Of a stretch of 25,041 nucleotides of DNA, positions 17,301 to 25,041 are shown piece after piece. The notes beneath the pieces are model-generated. The model was not told where the DNA came from and searched no databases. It saw only the letters and a list, made by a program, of their open reading frames with translations. Origin of the DNA: Candidatus Firestoneibacteriota bacterium. Lineage in GTDB: Bacteria > Oederibacteriota > D2-FULL-39-29 > JBDRBU01. The translations under genes and the position numbers were made by a program. Position 1 is the first letter of the stretch. Each line of letters starts with the position of its first letter. Location: contig JBDRBU010000084.1 of NCBI GenBank assembly GCA_043822305.1, positions 1 to 25,041 of the forward strand. Direction: 5' to 3'.

Positions 17301-18244
17301 TTATAGACTATATCTGCTGCACCACTTCCTGCATTTGACCAGAAACACCATAGATTTACACCATCTGTAACAAGTGCAGGGTTTCTTGATGCCGAAGATT
17401 GTAAAGTATTTGGGCTAAACCAACTTGCCCCATCATAATATGTATGTTTAATATTTCCTCCATATTCAGAATATAATAGATGAATATAACTGGAAATAAC
17501 ACATACTGAAAAATCCTCATAAACATCTGTAGTATTTGGAATAATTGCTTTTGCTGACCAAGATGTTCCAGTCCAATAACTCCACGGTATATAACTATTA
17601 TCACCAAATACTGCTGGATACCCATTCCCCATAATAATTATTGCATTTCGTCCATAATAACAACTATATACTGTTGAATAACCACTCCAAGTTGCTCCCT
17701 CATTATCTGAATATCTTGCTCTCACTTCAGCATCTGGTGAACCGTTAGCATTATATGTATAAGATACCCAAATTCTTGTTCCTGACACGGCTATAGAAAC
17801 CTGAGGAGCATACAGTGTTTCTGTGCCTAATGCTACTGTTCTTTCTGCTCCCGGAGTATAACTTCCTGCACTATATGTCATCTTCTTCATCATGACATCA
17901 TTATTATAACAATACACTACATAAATATGATCAGAACTATCCTTCCAGACTGAACTCCTATAAGCATCCCAGTTAGTCCCGCCAATTAAAGTTCCTTCTG
18001 ATGGCTCTGATGGCAACCAAGTCACCCCTCCATCTGATGAAATCCTACAATATAAAGGGCCACCAGATGTAGAACCCTTACAATAAAAGGCTACTATCTT
18101 TCCATCTGATGTTAAAACTAATTTTCTATCCTTAGCTTTTCTAATATTGTTTTCTATTGTTGCAATATCATTTGCATTAAGACATAAAGGAATACATAAA
18201 GCACTAAGAATTAAAAATACAAAATTAAGCATTTTCCTTTTCAT
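14372..18244 (-). CDS. Secreted surface protein: BNR beta-propeller, 7 IPT/TIG repeats, ZU5-like region and T9SS type-A/FlgD-Ig-like C-terminal domain
   Basis: Signal peptide MKRKMLNFVFLILSALCIPLCLNA; Asp-boxes ISSDGGVTW and YSDNEGATW; seven P.V..(I/L).P...I.G..F.G(G)...G.Y.(V/I).V.T repeats; GVSLSIPANTF; tail VVVYPNP...RVYTISGELVK...FDGKNE.G..I.RGIYIF...GKFVVK; AAGGAG RBS. Confidence 0.85.
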   Translation of the reverse strand: MKRKMLNFVFLILSALCIPLCLNANDIATIENNIRKAKDRKLVLTSDGKIVAFYCKGSTSGGPLYCRISSDGGVTWLPSEPSEGTLIGGTNWDAYRSSVWKDSSDHIYVVYCYNNDVMMKKMTYSAGSYTPGAERTVALGTETLYAPQVSIAVSGTRIWVSYTYNANGSPDAEVRARYSDNEGATWSGYSTVYSCYYGRNAIIIMGNGYPAVFGDNSYIPWSYWTGTSWSAKAIIPNTTDVYEDFSVCVISSYIHLLYSEYGGNIKHTYYDGASWFSPNTLQSSASRNPALVTDGVNLWCFWSNAGSGAADIVYKKYNGSWDSTTTLYSSGGNNYRSAVPYSIGGDNAIIPVFWYEGTANPYIIRFSKLGFSPKVTGISPTTGENSTPTTVTITGQGFFGGVYSSDITSVKLDDTFNTALNIFSATITDLIISNAIVPAGVKAGTYNIKVTTSKGTNTTSSQKFIVTTNIVPTVMNLVPDRAGNTGVTEIAIHGTGFFGGTTSGTNPVQDVRDIRLSDGANTQIATGTVVSDTQINNCIVPSGVVLGTYNVKVYTGGENNTTSTVQLRIVTNPTVTTLSSTTAPNNQPTTLDINGTAFWGGSSSSDVEWIKIASIDGLYQTNVTFISSNVAETIITGAVIPAQCHAGTYNVRVSTSSGGNNATSVNKFTVTTTVIPTVTNLVPDTGNNLYQTSTISIYGSGFHGGTGTDDIREIKLGASITITKGTVSNDTSIINCIVPSSVAVGTYDVKVTTGGGVATSAVQYKVTAMPTVSTISKITGSNLIQHTGLAITGNNFTGWTSMSLSGIMEVTISTFHFVDDTSIDNVMIPGGILAGTYDIRVTTLNGTNVASSQKWISTTDLPHLTSISPNAGSNANSTTISLAGSVFFGGTYGLPDIRAITLSKGALSTDLINCTVVSDTSGTGVVPSGLLVGIYNVKVTTGGGSSTEVINFNVATPIPVVTQITPNKGSREEDVTIDIKGTGFFGGTPSSQVISIKINNIDLSGYNVFDDNNIFHSIILLKSLDTGRYPVIVETVGGTSSLEGPKYDILFKADADYSFSKSGVSLSIPANTFSEDTAIIIEDRLTDSDLEKVSKADKLKYLNMKINVILDNTVRKIESTEAEISDGKSLSLTMSYSGIDDSVIEKKFRTVRLNNEGKWEYVSSDCNVDTANKEVETAVSSLSIFRIVQYVEPSNNLNDVVVYPNPIDFSLGTGVVKFVNLTANPRLRVYTISGELVKEILPDTIGNSGNDGRIEFDGKNEVGEVIKRGIYIFLITDESCGRKVGKFVVK

Positions 18245-18261
18245 TATTATGTTTCTCCTTG

Positions 18262-21045
18262 TTATTTTTCTATTGTTGTTAATAATTCGTTTATGACTTC
18301 TGAAAATTCGGGTGTATAGCCCAGATTCGCATCCAAAATTCTTTTTAATTCAACAAAATATTTATTTCCTGCTTCAATATTACCTGCTCCCCATGATTCC
18401 ATTCTTATATCCATTGGTATATGTTGTGGAGGGCCACTTGTAAGTGGCTTATCTTTATCCCAATACCTAAAACTACTTCCATAGACATAATCATATTTTT
18501 GCCCCCAATATATATCATCCGTAGATGTATCTTTTGCTAAATCTAAATTATCACAAGAATATTTTGAGCCTACGAAACGAATATCGTTAAATCTAGCATA
18601 AACTCCTGGGTCTGTACTTAACCTTCCATAATGGCTATCATTTTCACCATATCCCACTCCTCCCCCCATATGCATCCCTAATTTCCTTTCATAATTTCCT
18701 TCAATCCCCCTACTCTTACTATCCCAATCTAAATAGTTTTGAGTAATATCAAAAAAATATGAATCGTATAATACTACTTTGTTTAATTTGAGGGTTTTGT
18801 TGTAGTCACCCTCAGAAGCTTTTCCATTATCCCAAGGTATAAATGTATTAGTATCATATTTAGGACCAAGGTCTGGTGGAGCTTTTCTGTGAGGCGCATA
18901 ACTCATATCTAAAGTTATTATCCCTTTGTATTTACCTGTTGTCGCATCTTTGCTGCCTTTGCAAATAATACCAACTGGACATATCTCTTCAGAATCATCA
19001 GCATAATCATTATCAACAAGACCTTTCGGCTCTAATTTTTCATTTAATCTGTCTCGAGAATTTATCGGACCCACCCAAACATCATCTTCACATACTATTG
19101 TTACTGGAACTTTTGGTGTTCCCATTATATGAAGTGGAACTTTTGAATATATCACCCCAAATTTTGTCTCATCATCCGGATAATTTGGATCTTTTGGACA
19201 ATTATTTTCATCTATCTTATCTAAATCTATTTTTACTACTTGATACATTTTATGCAACCATACCTCTATGGGAGTATTGAAAACATGACTCCAGGTTGCT
19301 CTAATCTGTGCACCAGCAGGAGGTATTGCTCCTTTTCCACTCGTATTTGTAATTGAATCGTAATTTCCAAATTTAACTATTCCCTCATTAAAATCAATCC
19401 CATATTTAGTACCACCATCTCCATTTGGTAAGTTAGACAACTCGCCCCCTGGTGCCCTCTCCCATAGAATACCACCACTTCCATTGTCATTACATCCTAC
19501 ATATATTTTTTCAGCATCAGAACCTGTCTCATTTACTGCTGAATATTTAGATAAAGATTGGCGATGTATAGTACCTCCTCCTCCATATGTTGAATAAATT
19601 GTAAAGGTTTGATCTGCAACACCATTTCCCACTCCTATAAGCCAATTTACTCTTCTTCCCTTCCATGTCCCTAATGGGGGTGATTTGAAATAAAAGCCAT
19701 CCCATTCTAATCCCTGAAAACTATCTCCATGAGAATCAACCTCCCCGAATGAGGCATTGTAATTAAATACTGCTTTATTATTATTTATATCTATATAATA
19801 ACCAGTAAGTGGAGAATCAAACTCAAGAGGAACTCTTGCATTTATATATCTATTGAACATCCAATATTGAGAAAGTGGCCAGACATAGGTGTTTGTATTT
19901 GAGGATGGTCTTAAAGATATATGCCTTATAAATCTAGGGTCTCTTTCTTTCCCAAATTCTATACCTCCAGGATTCATCTCTTTATCATACTCAGGGATCG
20001 TTGCATAAGAACTTCTTGGTCTTTGTTCATCTGTTATATAAGTAGTAGAAGCACATCCATTAGACCAATCAAAATTTTCAATATACCAATCCGGATTTAT
20101 CCATTTTTTAAAGTATTTCTCGCTTATTTCAGTAGTTTTCGGTACTTTTATATATATACCTCCATTTTCTTTATGCTCAACTAATGGATAAGAATATTCA
20201 TTACCATCTAAACCTATCTTAGGTTTTGTTAATGAAGGAAAAGCTTTAGAGTTATATGGAACTGGTTCAGGTTGTCCCCTTGATGCACCTCCATTACCAG
20301 GCCATTTTATACCACCATATGAAGAATAAGTAACATCTGTAAAATTTGACGGGATATTACTACAATTAAAAGTAAATGGATTTAAAATCTCACCTTCACC
20401 AAATGCTGTGTATAGGTTCACACCTCCTGAGTAAGAATCATTTGCTGAATAAATTGTTCCAGAACAAGAAATTACTGGTCCATAATCCTTGTCTGATTTT
20501 TTAAAAATTGAGTTAGCCGAACCATCAAAAACAAACGATGGACCATGCCCTACATAAGCATCTCCATTCAGATGAATTGGACCTGCATGAATTGGATTTC
20601 CACCTGAATTATGGCTTCTAAAATTATGAGCTTTACCCTCAAAGAAAAATAAATAATCAGTAGGTGTATTCATGCTTACTTGAGCATATATACATTTCCT
20701 GTGTCTTTCCTCTTCTTTAGCTGATATTGGCCATTCTCCCAGAGACACGATAAAAGCCCTGTGAATTCCTTGACCTATTAATGTGGCTACACCTACTTTA
20801 TACTGCCCTCCTCCGAATTCTTTAGGTCCTACATATTCCATCTGATGTTGAAACCAATAATCTTTCATATCATGTTTTTGTTGATTTATTCCTGCAATTG
20901 TTATCCAATATGCTTTATCTACACCTAATGATCGCTCGAGTAACATTAAATTTATAACCGTAAGTTGCAAAAACAACCCAGCCAGTAGCAGAATCATAGC
21001 TAAAACAAATATTGATAGAACCAAAACACTTCCTTTTTGATTCAT
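18262..21045 (-). CDS. PilX/GspK-like protein with type IV prepilin-like N-terminus and a large C-terminal region
   Basis: MNQKG|SVLVLSIFVLAMILLLAGLFL: basic residue, Gly, hydrophobic helix and no Glu5, as in PilX/GspK minor pilins. KAYWITIAGI, FGGGQYKV, IVSLG and GPIHLNGD match PilX-type N-terminal motifs. GGAGGTG RBS; 17 bp from the next gene. Confidence 0.75.
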   Translation of the reverse strand: MNQKGSVLVLSIFVLAMILLLAGLFLQLTVINLMLLERSLGVDKAYWITIAGINQQKHDMKDYWFQHQMEYVGPKEFGGGQYKVGVATLIGQGIHRAFIVSLGEWPISAKEEERHRKCIYAQVSMNTPTDYLFFFEGKAHNFRSHNSGGNPIHAGPIHLNGDAYVGHGPSFVFDGSANSIFKKSDKDYGPVISCSGTIYSANDSYSGGVNLYTAFGEGEILNPFTFNCSNIPSNFTDVTYSSYGGIKWPGNGGASRGQPEPVPYNSKAFPSLTKPKIGLDGNEYSYPLVEHKENGGIYIKVPKTTEISEKYFKKWINPDWYIENFDWSNGCASTTYITDEQRPRSSYATIPEYDKEMNPGGIEFGKERDPRFIRHISLRPSSNTNTYVWPLSQYWMFNRYINARVPLEFDSPLTGYYIDINNNKAVFNYNASFGEVDSHGDSFQGLEWDGFYFKSPPLGTWKGRRVNWLIGVGNGVADQTFTIYSTYGGGGTIHRQSLSKYSAVNETGSDAEKIYVGCNDNGSGGILWERAPGGELSNLPNGDGGTKYGIDFNEGIVKFGNYDSITNTSGKGAIPPAGAQIRATWSHVFNTPIEVWLHKMYQVVKIDLDKIDENNCPKDPNYPDDETKFGVIYSKVPLHIMGTPKVPVTIVCEDDVWVGPINSRDRLNEKLEPKGLVDNDYADDSEEICPVGIICKGSKDATTGKYKGIITLDMSYAPHRKAPPDLGPKYDTNTFIPWDNGKASEGDYNKTLKLNKVVLYDSYFFDITQNYLDWDSKSRGIEGNYERKLGMHMGGGVGYGENDSHYGRLSTDPGVYARFNDIRFVGSKYSCDNLDLAKDTSTDDIYWGQKYDYVYGSSFRYWDKDKPLTSGPPQHIPMDIRMESWGAGNIEAGNKYFVELKRILDANLGYTPEFSEVINELLTTIEK

Positions 21046-21067
21046 TTTACACCTCCGTTAACAATAA

Positions 21068-21096
21068 ATTTTATCAAAAATCCATTAAAGAAACAA
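21068..21096 (-). promoter_or_regulatory. Putative sigma70 promoter for the PilX-like/IPT gene pair
   Basis: TTGTTT, 17-bp spacer, TAAAAT with extended -10 TGn, 22 bp upstream of the ATG at 21045. Confidence 0.5.
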
Positions 21097-21152
21097 CAAT
21101 TATTTTTCAATAATTGAATCTATTTCTATTTCCTGTCGTCCTTTAAATGGTG

Positions 21153-21233
21153 AATATTCAGCGAAAGCCCTCTATTTTTTAACTCCCCCTTAATAAAGGG
21201 GGAATACAATCCTCACGGCTTTCACTGACTATT
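21153..21233. repeat. Nested inverted-repeat element
   Basis: AATATTCAGCGAAAGCC (21153-21169) pairs 15/17 with GGCTTTCACTGACTATT (21217-21233); inner hairpin TCCCCCTT-AATA-AAGGGGGA (21184-21203). Confidence 0.6.
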
Positions 21234-21236
21234 TAC

Positions 21237-21353
21237 AATCTGGGATATCCCTGTTACCCTTGCTTCAGAAATTATCTCATCTACAATAACTGGATCTACT
21301 ATGAACGATGGAATTTTAAGTTTTTCTAAAATCTTACAGGATAAAATTGCACT
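21237..21353 (-). pseudogene. buk: buk internal fragment (relic copy of 12312..12428)
   Basis: Translates SAILSCKILEKLKIPSFIVDPVIVDEIISEARVTGISQI versus intact GAILSYKISEKLKIPSFIVDPVTVDELIPEARITGVSRI; 99/117 nt identical by hand alignment. Confidence 0.92.
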
Positions 21354-21359
21354 TAAAAA

Positions 21360-21483
21360 TTATAAACTTTTTCTATTTACATTTTTCTTAGCAAAAACTT
21401 CTGAAATTTTGTGTGAAACTCCAGATTGATTACTGACTAATCCAGATATAGTCTGTTCCCTTTTTATAAGGATTTTCCTCCCT
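21360..21483 (-). pseudogene. ilvN: ilvN 5' fragment with its RBS (relic copy of ~14033..14155)
   Basis: GGGAGGAAAATCC RBS retained; ATG mutated to ATA (21467); reads KREQTISGLVSNQSGVSHKISEVFAKKNVNRKSL then TCA>TAA; 94/108 nt identical including a 37-nt exact match. Confidence 0.92.
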
Positions 21484-21498
21484 GCTTTTTTCACCTCT

Positions 21499-22416
21499 TT
21501 AAAGCCATTTCTTTAACCATTTATATGCTCTTTCTCGCATAGTAAAAGAAAAAGCATGACCTCCATCTTCAAGGTAGTAACTAAAACATTCTTCCTTTCC
21601 CAGACATTTATAGATTTTCATAACTTCTTTTTTCACTACTTTTTGTTCTTCTAATGTTGAAACTTTATCTGAACTACGCCCTAATAAAAGAAATGGCTTT
21701 GGAGCAATCATTGAATATAAAAGAGGAAGATCGCCTGTTTTCATAAATCCGGGTATTTGATAAGACCAGGGGATGTCATCTCCTCTTAAAAAAGCAATTT
21801 TTAACACTTTTGCTCCACAACTGGCCATGACTACTTTTATCCTTTTTTCTAAAGGAGTGAGTATCAAAGCTTGCATAGCACCCATTGAGTGACCAATTAG
21901 CCCGATACGATTTGGATTGATTTCTTTACGGCTCTCCAACCAATCAATTGCTCTTTTAATATCCCAGATAAACATACCGGCTAATGTCTTGCCTTCTAAA
22001 AGTAATCTATGTGAATATATTCCATCGCCATCCCAGAACTTCTGTCTTTCTTCAAAACATCTACTATCTGCTGCAAAAACCGCATATCCTCTTTTTACTA
22101 ATTCAAGCCCATATTGTTGATTCTTGTTACCAATTCGTCCAACAATCTCACTTTTCCCTAAGGCAAAATGGCCTCCATGTTGATGTAAACAAATAACAAC
22201 TGGTAAACCTTCCTGATAATAACTTTTTTTTGGAATAAGAAAATACGCAAAAATACTTTCTTTTATCTCGCTTTGAAAAATTACCTTCTCTCTGATATAA
22301 TCATCATACTCTTTCCTTTCAATAATTCTCGTTAAAAAAGGAACCTTAGAAGGAAATTTACCCAGCAACTTTTTGTAAATTTTCAGAAATCTTTCTTTTT
22401 TGCTAATAAATTTCAT
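21499..22416 (-). CDS. Alpha/beta hydrolase (dienelactone hydrolase / carbohydrate-esterase-like)
   Basis: PVVICLHQHGG, LVKRGYAVFAAD...FEER, WDIKRAIDWL, nucleophile elbow IGLIGHSMG, IAPKPFLLL.G.SD, GGHAF; GGAGG RBS. Confidence 0.88.
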   Translation of the reverse strand: MKFISKKERFLKIYKKLLGKFPSKVPFLTRIIERKEYDDYIREKVIFQSEIKESIFAYFLIPKKSYYQEGLPVVICLHQHGGHFALGKSEIVGRIGNKNQQYGLELVKRGYAVFAADSRCFEERQKFWDGDGIYSHRLLLEGKTLAGMFIWDIKRAIDWLESRKEINPNRIGLIGHSMGAMQALILTPLEKRIKVVMASCGAKVLKIAFLRGDDIPWSYQIPGFMKTGDLPLLYSMIAPKPFLLLGRSSDKVSTLEEQKVVKKEVMKIYKCLGKEECFSYYLEDGGHAFSFTMRERAYKWLKKWL

Positions 22417-22430
22417 TGGTTATTCCCTCC

Positions 22431-24656
22431 TTATTGTCCAAATGCTGTTTTTGGGTCGCCACAAGAATCTATAACTTCAGAAAATTTAATGTTACTTATT
22501 TTTTTACCGGTGTTTTTTGTAATTCTTAATTTTACCACTACACAGTTTTTATAATTAATTAAAGGCACGGCTATTATACTACCATTAAACATAAATTTAA
22601 CTTTCTTGGGTTTTTTATCCCCCGGATACATCACTTCTACAACTCCTAGATCATATCCTCTTTTTATCCTAAAATAAGCATATTTTGGTTTACCATATTT
22701 GATCTGATCATCTGCTTCTATGCCTTCGTTCATTATTCCAGCTACATATCCATCTTTAACTGTATATAGTTTTCCTCTCATTCCAGGTGAAAGTCTCATT
22801 GGATCCGGCTCAAAACATAAAACTCTTTCTTTAAACTGGGCATAAAGTGGTAAATGTTTTTGATAAAGTTTTGATAATTCTTTTAAATTTTTTCTTCCTT
22901 CTTTAGTCTCACTTTTATAATCTGCATACGGTGTTGTTGGATAGCCACCTAAAACTACTGCTCTTCTTAAATTTTCATCTACTGTTTTTGCATCAGAAGT
23001 CCACATTAAAAATATTGGCTTGGCTATGGCCGAATAGAAAAATTTCTCCTCACTTACATTTCCATCTCCTTCAAGTAAAACTCCATCAACTGATTTCATT
23101 GACCTTATCGTGTGCGGTTTATTGGCAAAATTATTTCTTCCAGTCCTTATTAAATCTTTGTAAATTTTTTCATTTAATTCATCATAAGAGAAGTTAACAC
23201 TATAACAAGGTTTATTATTTACGACTGTAATTCCATCATCGTGAGCAAAATCTAAATTAACATGTATCCAACAATCTAAGAAAAATCCATCTAACATTGG
23301 GTATTCTTTTAAAATATTTTTTGCCGTCTTTAACATATATTGGCCAAATGGTAATCCTATATCACAATTCATTAAATTACACATACGCCAGCAGGTGCTA
23401 TATTCACCATTTTCTTTTTTTACAATAGAACTTTCAAATCTTTTCTCAACAAATGGTTTAAATCCATCCGAAAAATTAATATAATAAAACACATTTATCC
23501 CTGCTTTTTTTAATTTTAAAATTGCTTTTTTTATTTCTTTTTTAGAGAGTTCATAAAACCATTTTCTTCTTTCTGGAAATTCTTTTTTCATAACCTCTAG
23601 ATCCTTATCGGTCATCTCGTAATATTTTTTCAATACTTCTTCAGGACTTAGTTTCCCTTCACTTTTAAGATATATTCCTTCCAATATACCCACGTTTCTC
23701 CATCTTTTCTCTTTTGGGAAGTAATATCCATACCAAGGAAAATGTCCGTGCAATTCTAAATATTTTAAACCTACTTTCTTTTCTTTATTTATATGATCAG
23801 CCGTATGAATATCTCCACATTGAAATACTCCTTCTCTTTTGTAAATATTTTTAGAGCGTGGCACAAAATATTCCTTATATTTTTCAAATGTTGCTCCTAA
23901 TCCACATCTCCAATCACCATCATGAAAAAATATTTTGCAATTTGTTTGCAACTTTCTATTTTTTACAAGGCCAATATAATAATTAACAACTTCAAAAACC
24001 GGATAATCTTCTATGTGTGGTTTTTCCTGATTACCCCAATTAAAACATTTCTCTCCATTCTGAAATTGGAATTTACTCGCTGGAACTTTCTTATCGTACG
24101 GAACTATTACTGAAAAACCTACATTAAGGTCTTTGTTGAAGTGTGATATTATCGGAACTACTATCTCTGTATTTCCAAAATATGGTATTTGACCATACAT
24201 ATATTCAAATGAACTCATTCCATCAAATGTCCACTCTCCCTGCTCTGCCGGTGCCCAGACATCCCAGCCGGCTATAAGGGGCAAAAAGAAATACACCCTT
24301 ATTGACCTATCTTCTATGTTTTTGTTCTTCTTCTCCATGACAACTTCCCAATCTATGCAATCCTTTTCTGCTGTAAATGTTACTTTTAAGTTAAATTTCG
24401 CCCCTTTAAAATTCTTATTAAACGAAATTTTATCTTTTGTTGCCTTAAAATTTGTTACTGTAAATTCTGTTGTGTAATCACTAAACCACTTTCTATCTAA
24501 CTCATCAAAGATTCTTATTCCACCAATATAACCTTTTATCCCCTGCCTGAGTTGTTTAAAAAGATCTATATTCTTTCCCTTCCACATCAAAGACTTTATC
24601 AATCCAGTCTTTTCATCTAGACTAAAACTTCCTGCTTTATTTTCTATATTTATCAT
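22431..24656 (-). CDS. Uncharacterised 741-aa protein, probable glycoside-hydrolase-like (beta-sandwich, TIM barrel, beta-sandwich)
   Basis: Long ORF with GGGAGGT RBS; barrel-like motifs KLKKAGINVFYYIN, LDGFFLDC and DGVLLEG reminiscent of clan GH-D-type enzymes; no signal peptide. Function inferred only. Confidence 0.55.
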   Translation of the reverse strand: MINIENKAGSFSLDEKTGLIKSLMWKGKNIDLFKQLRQGIKGYIGGIRIFDELDRKWFSDYTTEFTVTNFKATKDKISFNKNFKGAKFNLKVTFTAEKDCIDWEVVMEKKNKNIEDRSIRVYFFLPLIAGWDVWAPAEQGEWTFDGMSSFEYMYGQIPYFGNTEIVVPIISHFNKDLNVGFSVIVPYDKKVPASKFQFQNGEKCFNWGNQEKPHIEDYPVFEVVNYYIGLVKNRKLQTNCKIFFHDGDWRCGLGATFEKYKEYFVPRSKNIYKREGVFQCGDIHTADHINKEKKVGLKYLELHGHFPWYGYYFPKEKRWRNVGILEGIYLKSEGKLSPEEVLKKYYEMTDKDLEVMKKEFPERRKWFYELSKKEIKKAILKLKKAGINVFYYINFSDGFKPFVEKRFESSIVKKENGEYSTCWRMCNLMNCDIGLPFGQYMLKTAKNILKEYPMLDGFFLDCWIHVNLDFAHDDGITVVNNKPCYSVNFSYDELNEKIYKDLIRTGRNNFANKPHTIRSMKSVDGVLLEGDGNVSEEKFFYSAIAKPIFLMWTSDAKTVDENLRRAVVLGGYPTTPYADYKSETKEGRKNLKELSKLYQKHLPLYAQFKERVLCFEPDPMRLSPGMRGKLYTVKDGYVAGIMNEGIEADDQIKYGKPKYAYFRIKRGYDLGVVEVMYPGDKKPKKVKFMFNGSIIAVPLINYKNCVVVKLRITKNTGKKISNIKFSEVIDSCGDPKTAFGQ

Positions 24657-24762
24657 TCAAACCTCCCAGCATAATGACAACACTAATAACACTCGTTACA
24701 TAATTTATTATCTGTCTTAAATGTTTGTCTCTATTAAATATCCTATCCCATATTTTATTGCT

Positions 24763-24791
24763 ATTATATCATAAAAAAATAATCTTGTCAT
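24763..24791 (-). promoter_or_regulatory. Putative sigma70 promoter for the GH-like/hydrolase pair
   Basis: ATGACA, 17-bp spacer, TATAAT with extended -10 TGn, about 107 bp upstream of the ATG at 24656. Confidence 0.65.
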
Positions 24792-24899
24792 ATTTTTTAA
24801 TTTTACCCCTATCTCTTTCGCCCAGTTGGATATTCTGCAGACATAAACTACACGAGCATCTCTTGTCTTTTTAGGCGCAAATCCTAATGATGTCTGTCC

Positions 24900-25040
24900 C
24901 TATTTAAATTTTACTGTTCCAAACTTCTCTGGAATATGCGAGCTTCCACCGGTTGGAGACCACATTGAATCTTCAAATGGAAGATTTGATTTTCCCGGTC
25001 TTTCCCTGCAAAAATTTATCTTCCAGGATTCTTTATTAAT
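24900..25040 (-). CDS. 3' end of a gene with a C-terminal CBM9/DOMON-like sugar-binding domain (5' part outside the window)
   Basis: Translates INKESWKINFCRERPGKSNLPFEDSMWSPTGGSSHIPEKFGTVKFK*; W.INF.R...WSP....H.PE.FG...F is the typical CBM9-like C-terminus. Confidence 0.7.
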   Translation of the reverse strand: MNKESWKINFCRERPGKSNLPFEDSMWSPTGGSSHIPEKFGTVKFK

Positions 25041-25041
25041 C

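Noticed and set aside
14166..24113. Remaining short track ORFs overlapping the large minus-strand genes (e.g. 14166..14639, 15405..15800, 17356..17625, 19921..20184, 21917..22196, 22931..23197, 23922..24113)
   Set aside because: Shadow ORFs within or antisense to longer, motif-supported genes.
24837..24897. Hammerhead ribozyme or purine riboswitch
   Set aside because: CTAATGA and TAAA deviate from the CUGANGA/GAAA core and stems I and III do not form in the required register; purine riboswitch junction motifs are absent.

Overview
AT-rich bacterial window in which every real gene lies on the minus strand. In transcription order (right to left): the 3' end of a CBM9/DOMON-like gene; a two-gene unit of an uncharacterised glycoside-hydrolase-like protein and an alpha/beta hydrolase; a decayed ilvN'-buk' relic duplicating an operon about 7 kb away; a PilX-like protein and a secreted BNR-propeller/IPT-repeat protein with a T9SS-A/FlgD-like C-terminal domain; a probable IS1182 end remnant; an intact ilvN-ptb-buk operon with no ilvB; a 950-aa three-part fusion (double KaiC-like ATPase, cytoplasmic family-1 sugar-binding domain, AraC HTH); and a giant secreted thermitase-like S8 protease. 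The protease is over 2837 aa, runs off the left edge and is absent from the ORF track; it carries Ig-like, GATase-like, IPT/TIG and beta-propeller modules. The most striking candidate system is the KaiC-SBP-AraC one-component regulator. Its stop codon abuts a 20-bp direct-repeat pair next to a perfect-consensus sigma70 promoter driving the giant protease. All family assignments come from motif recognition by eye; no database searches were run.
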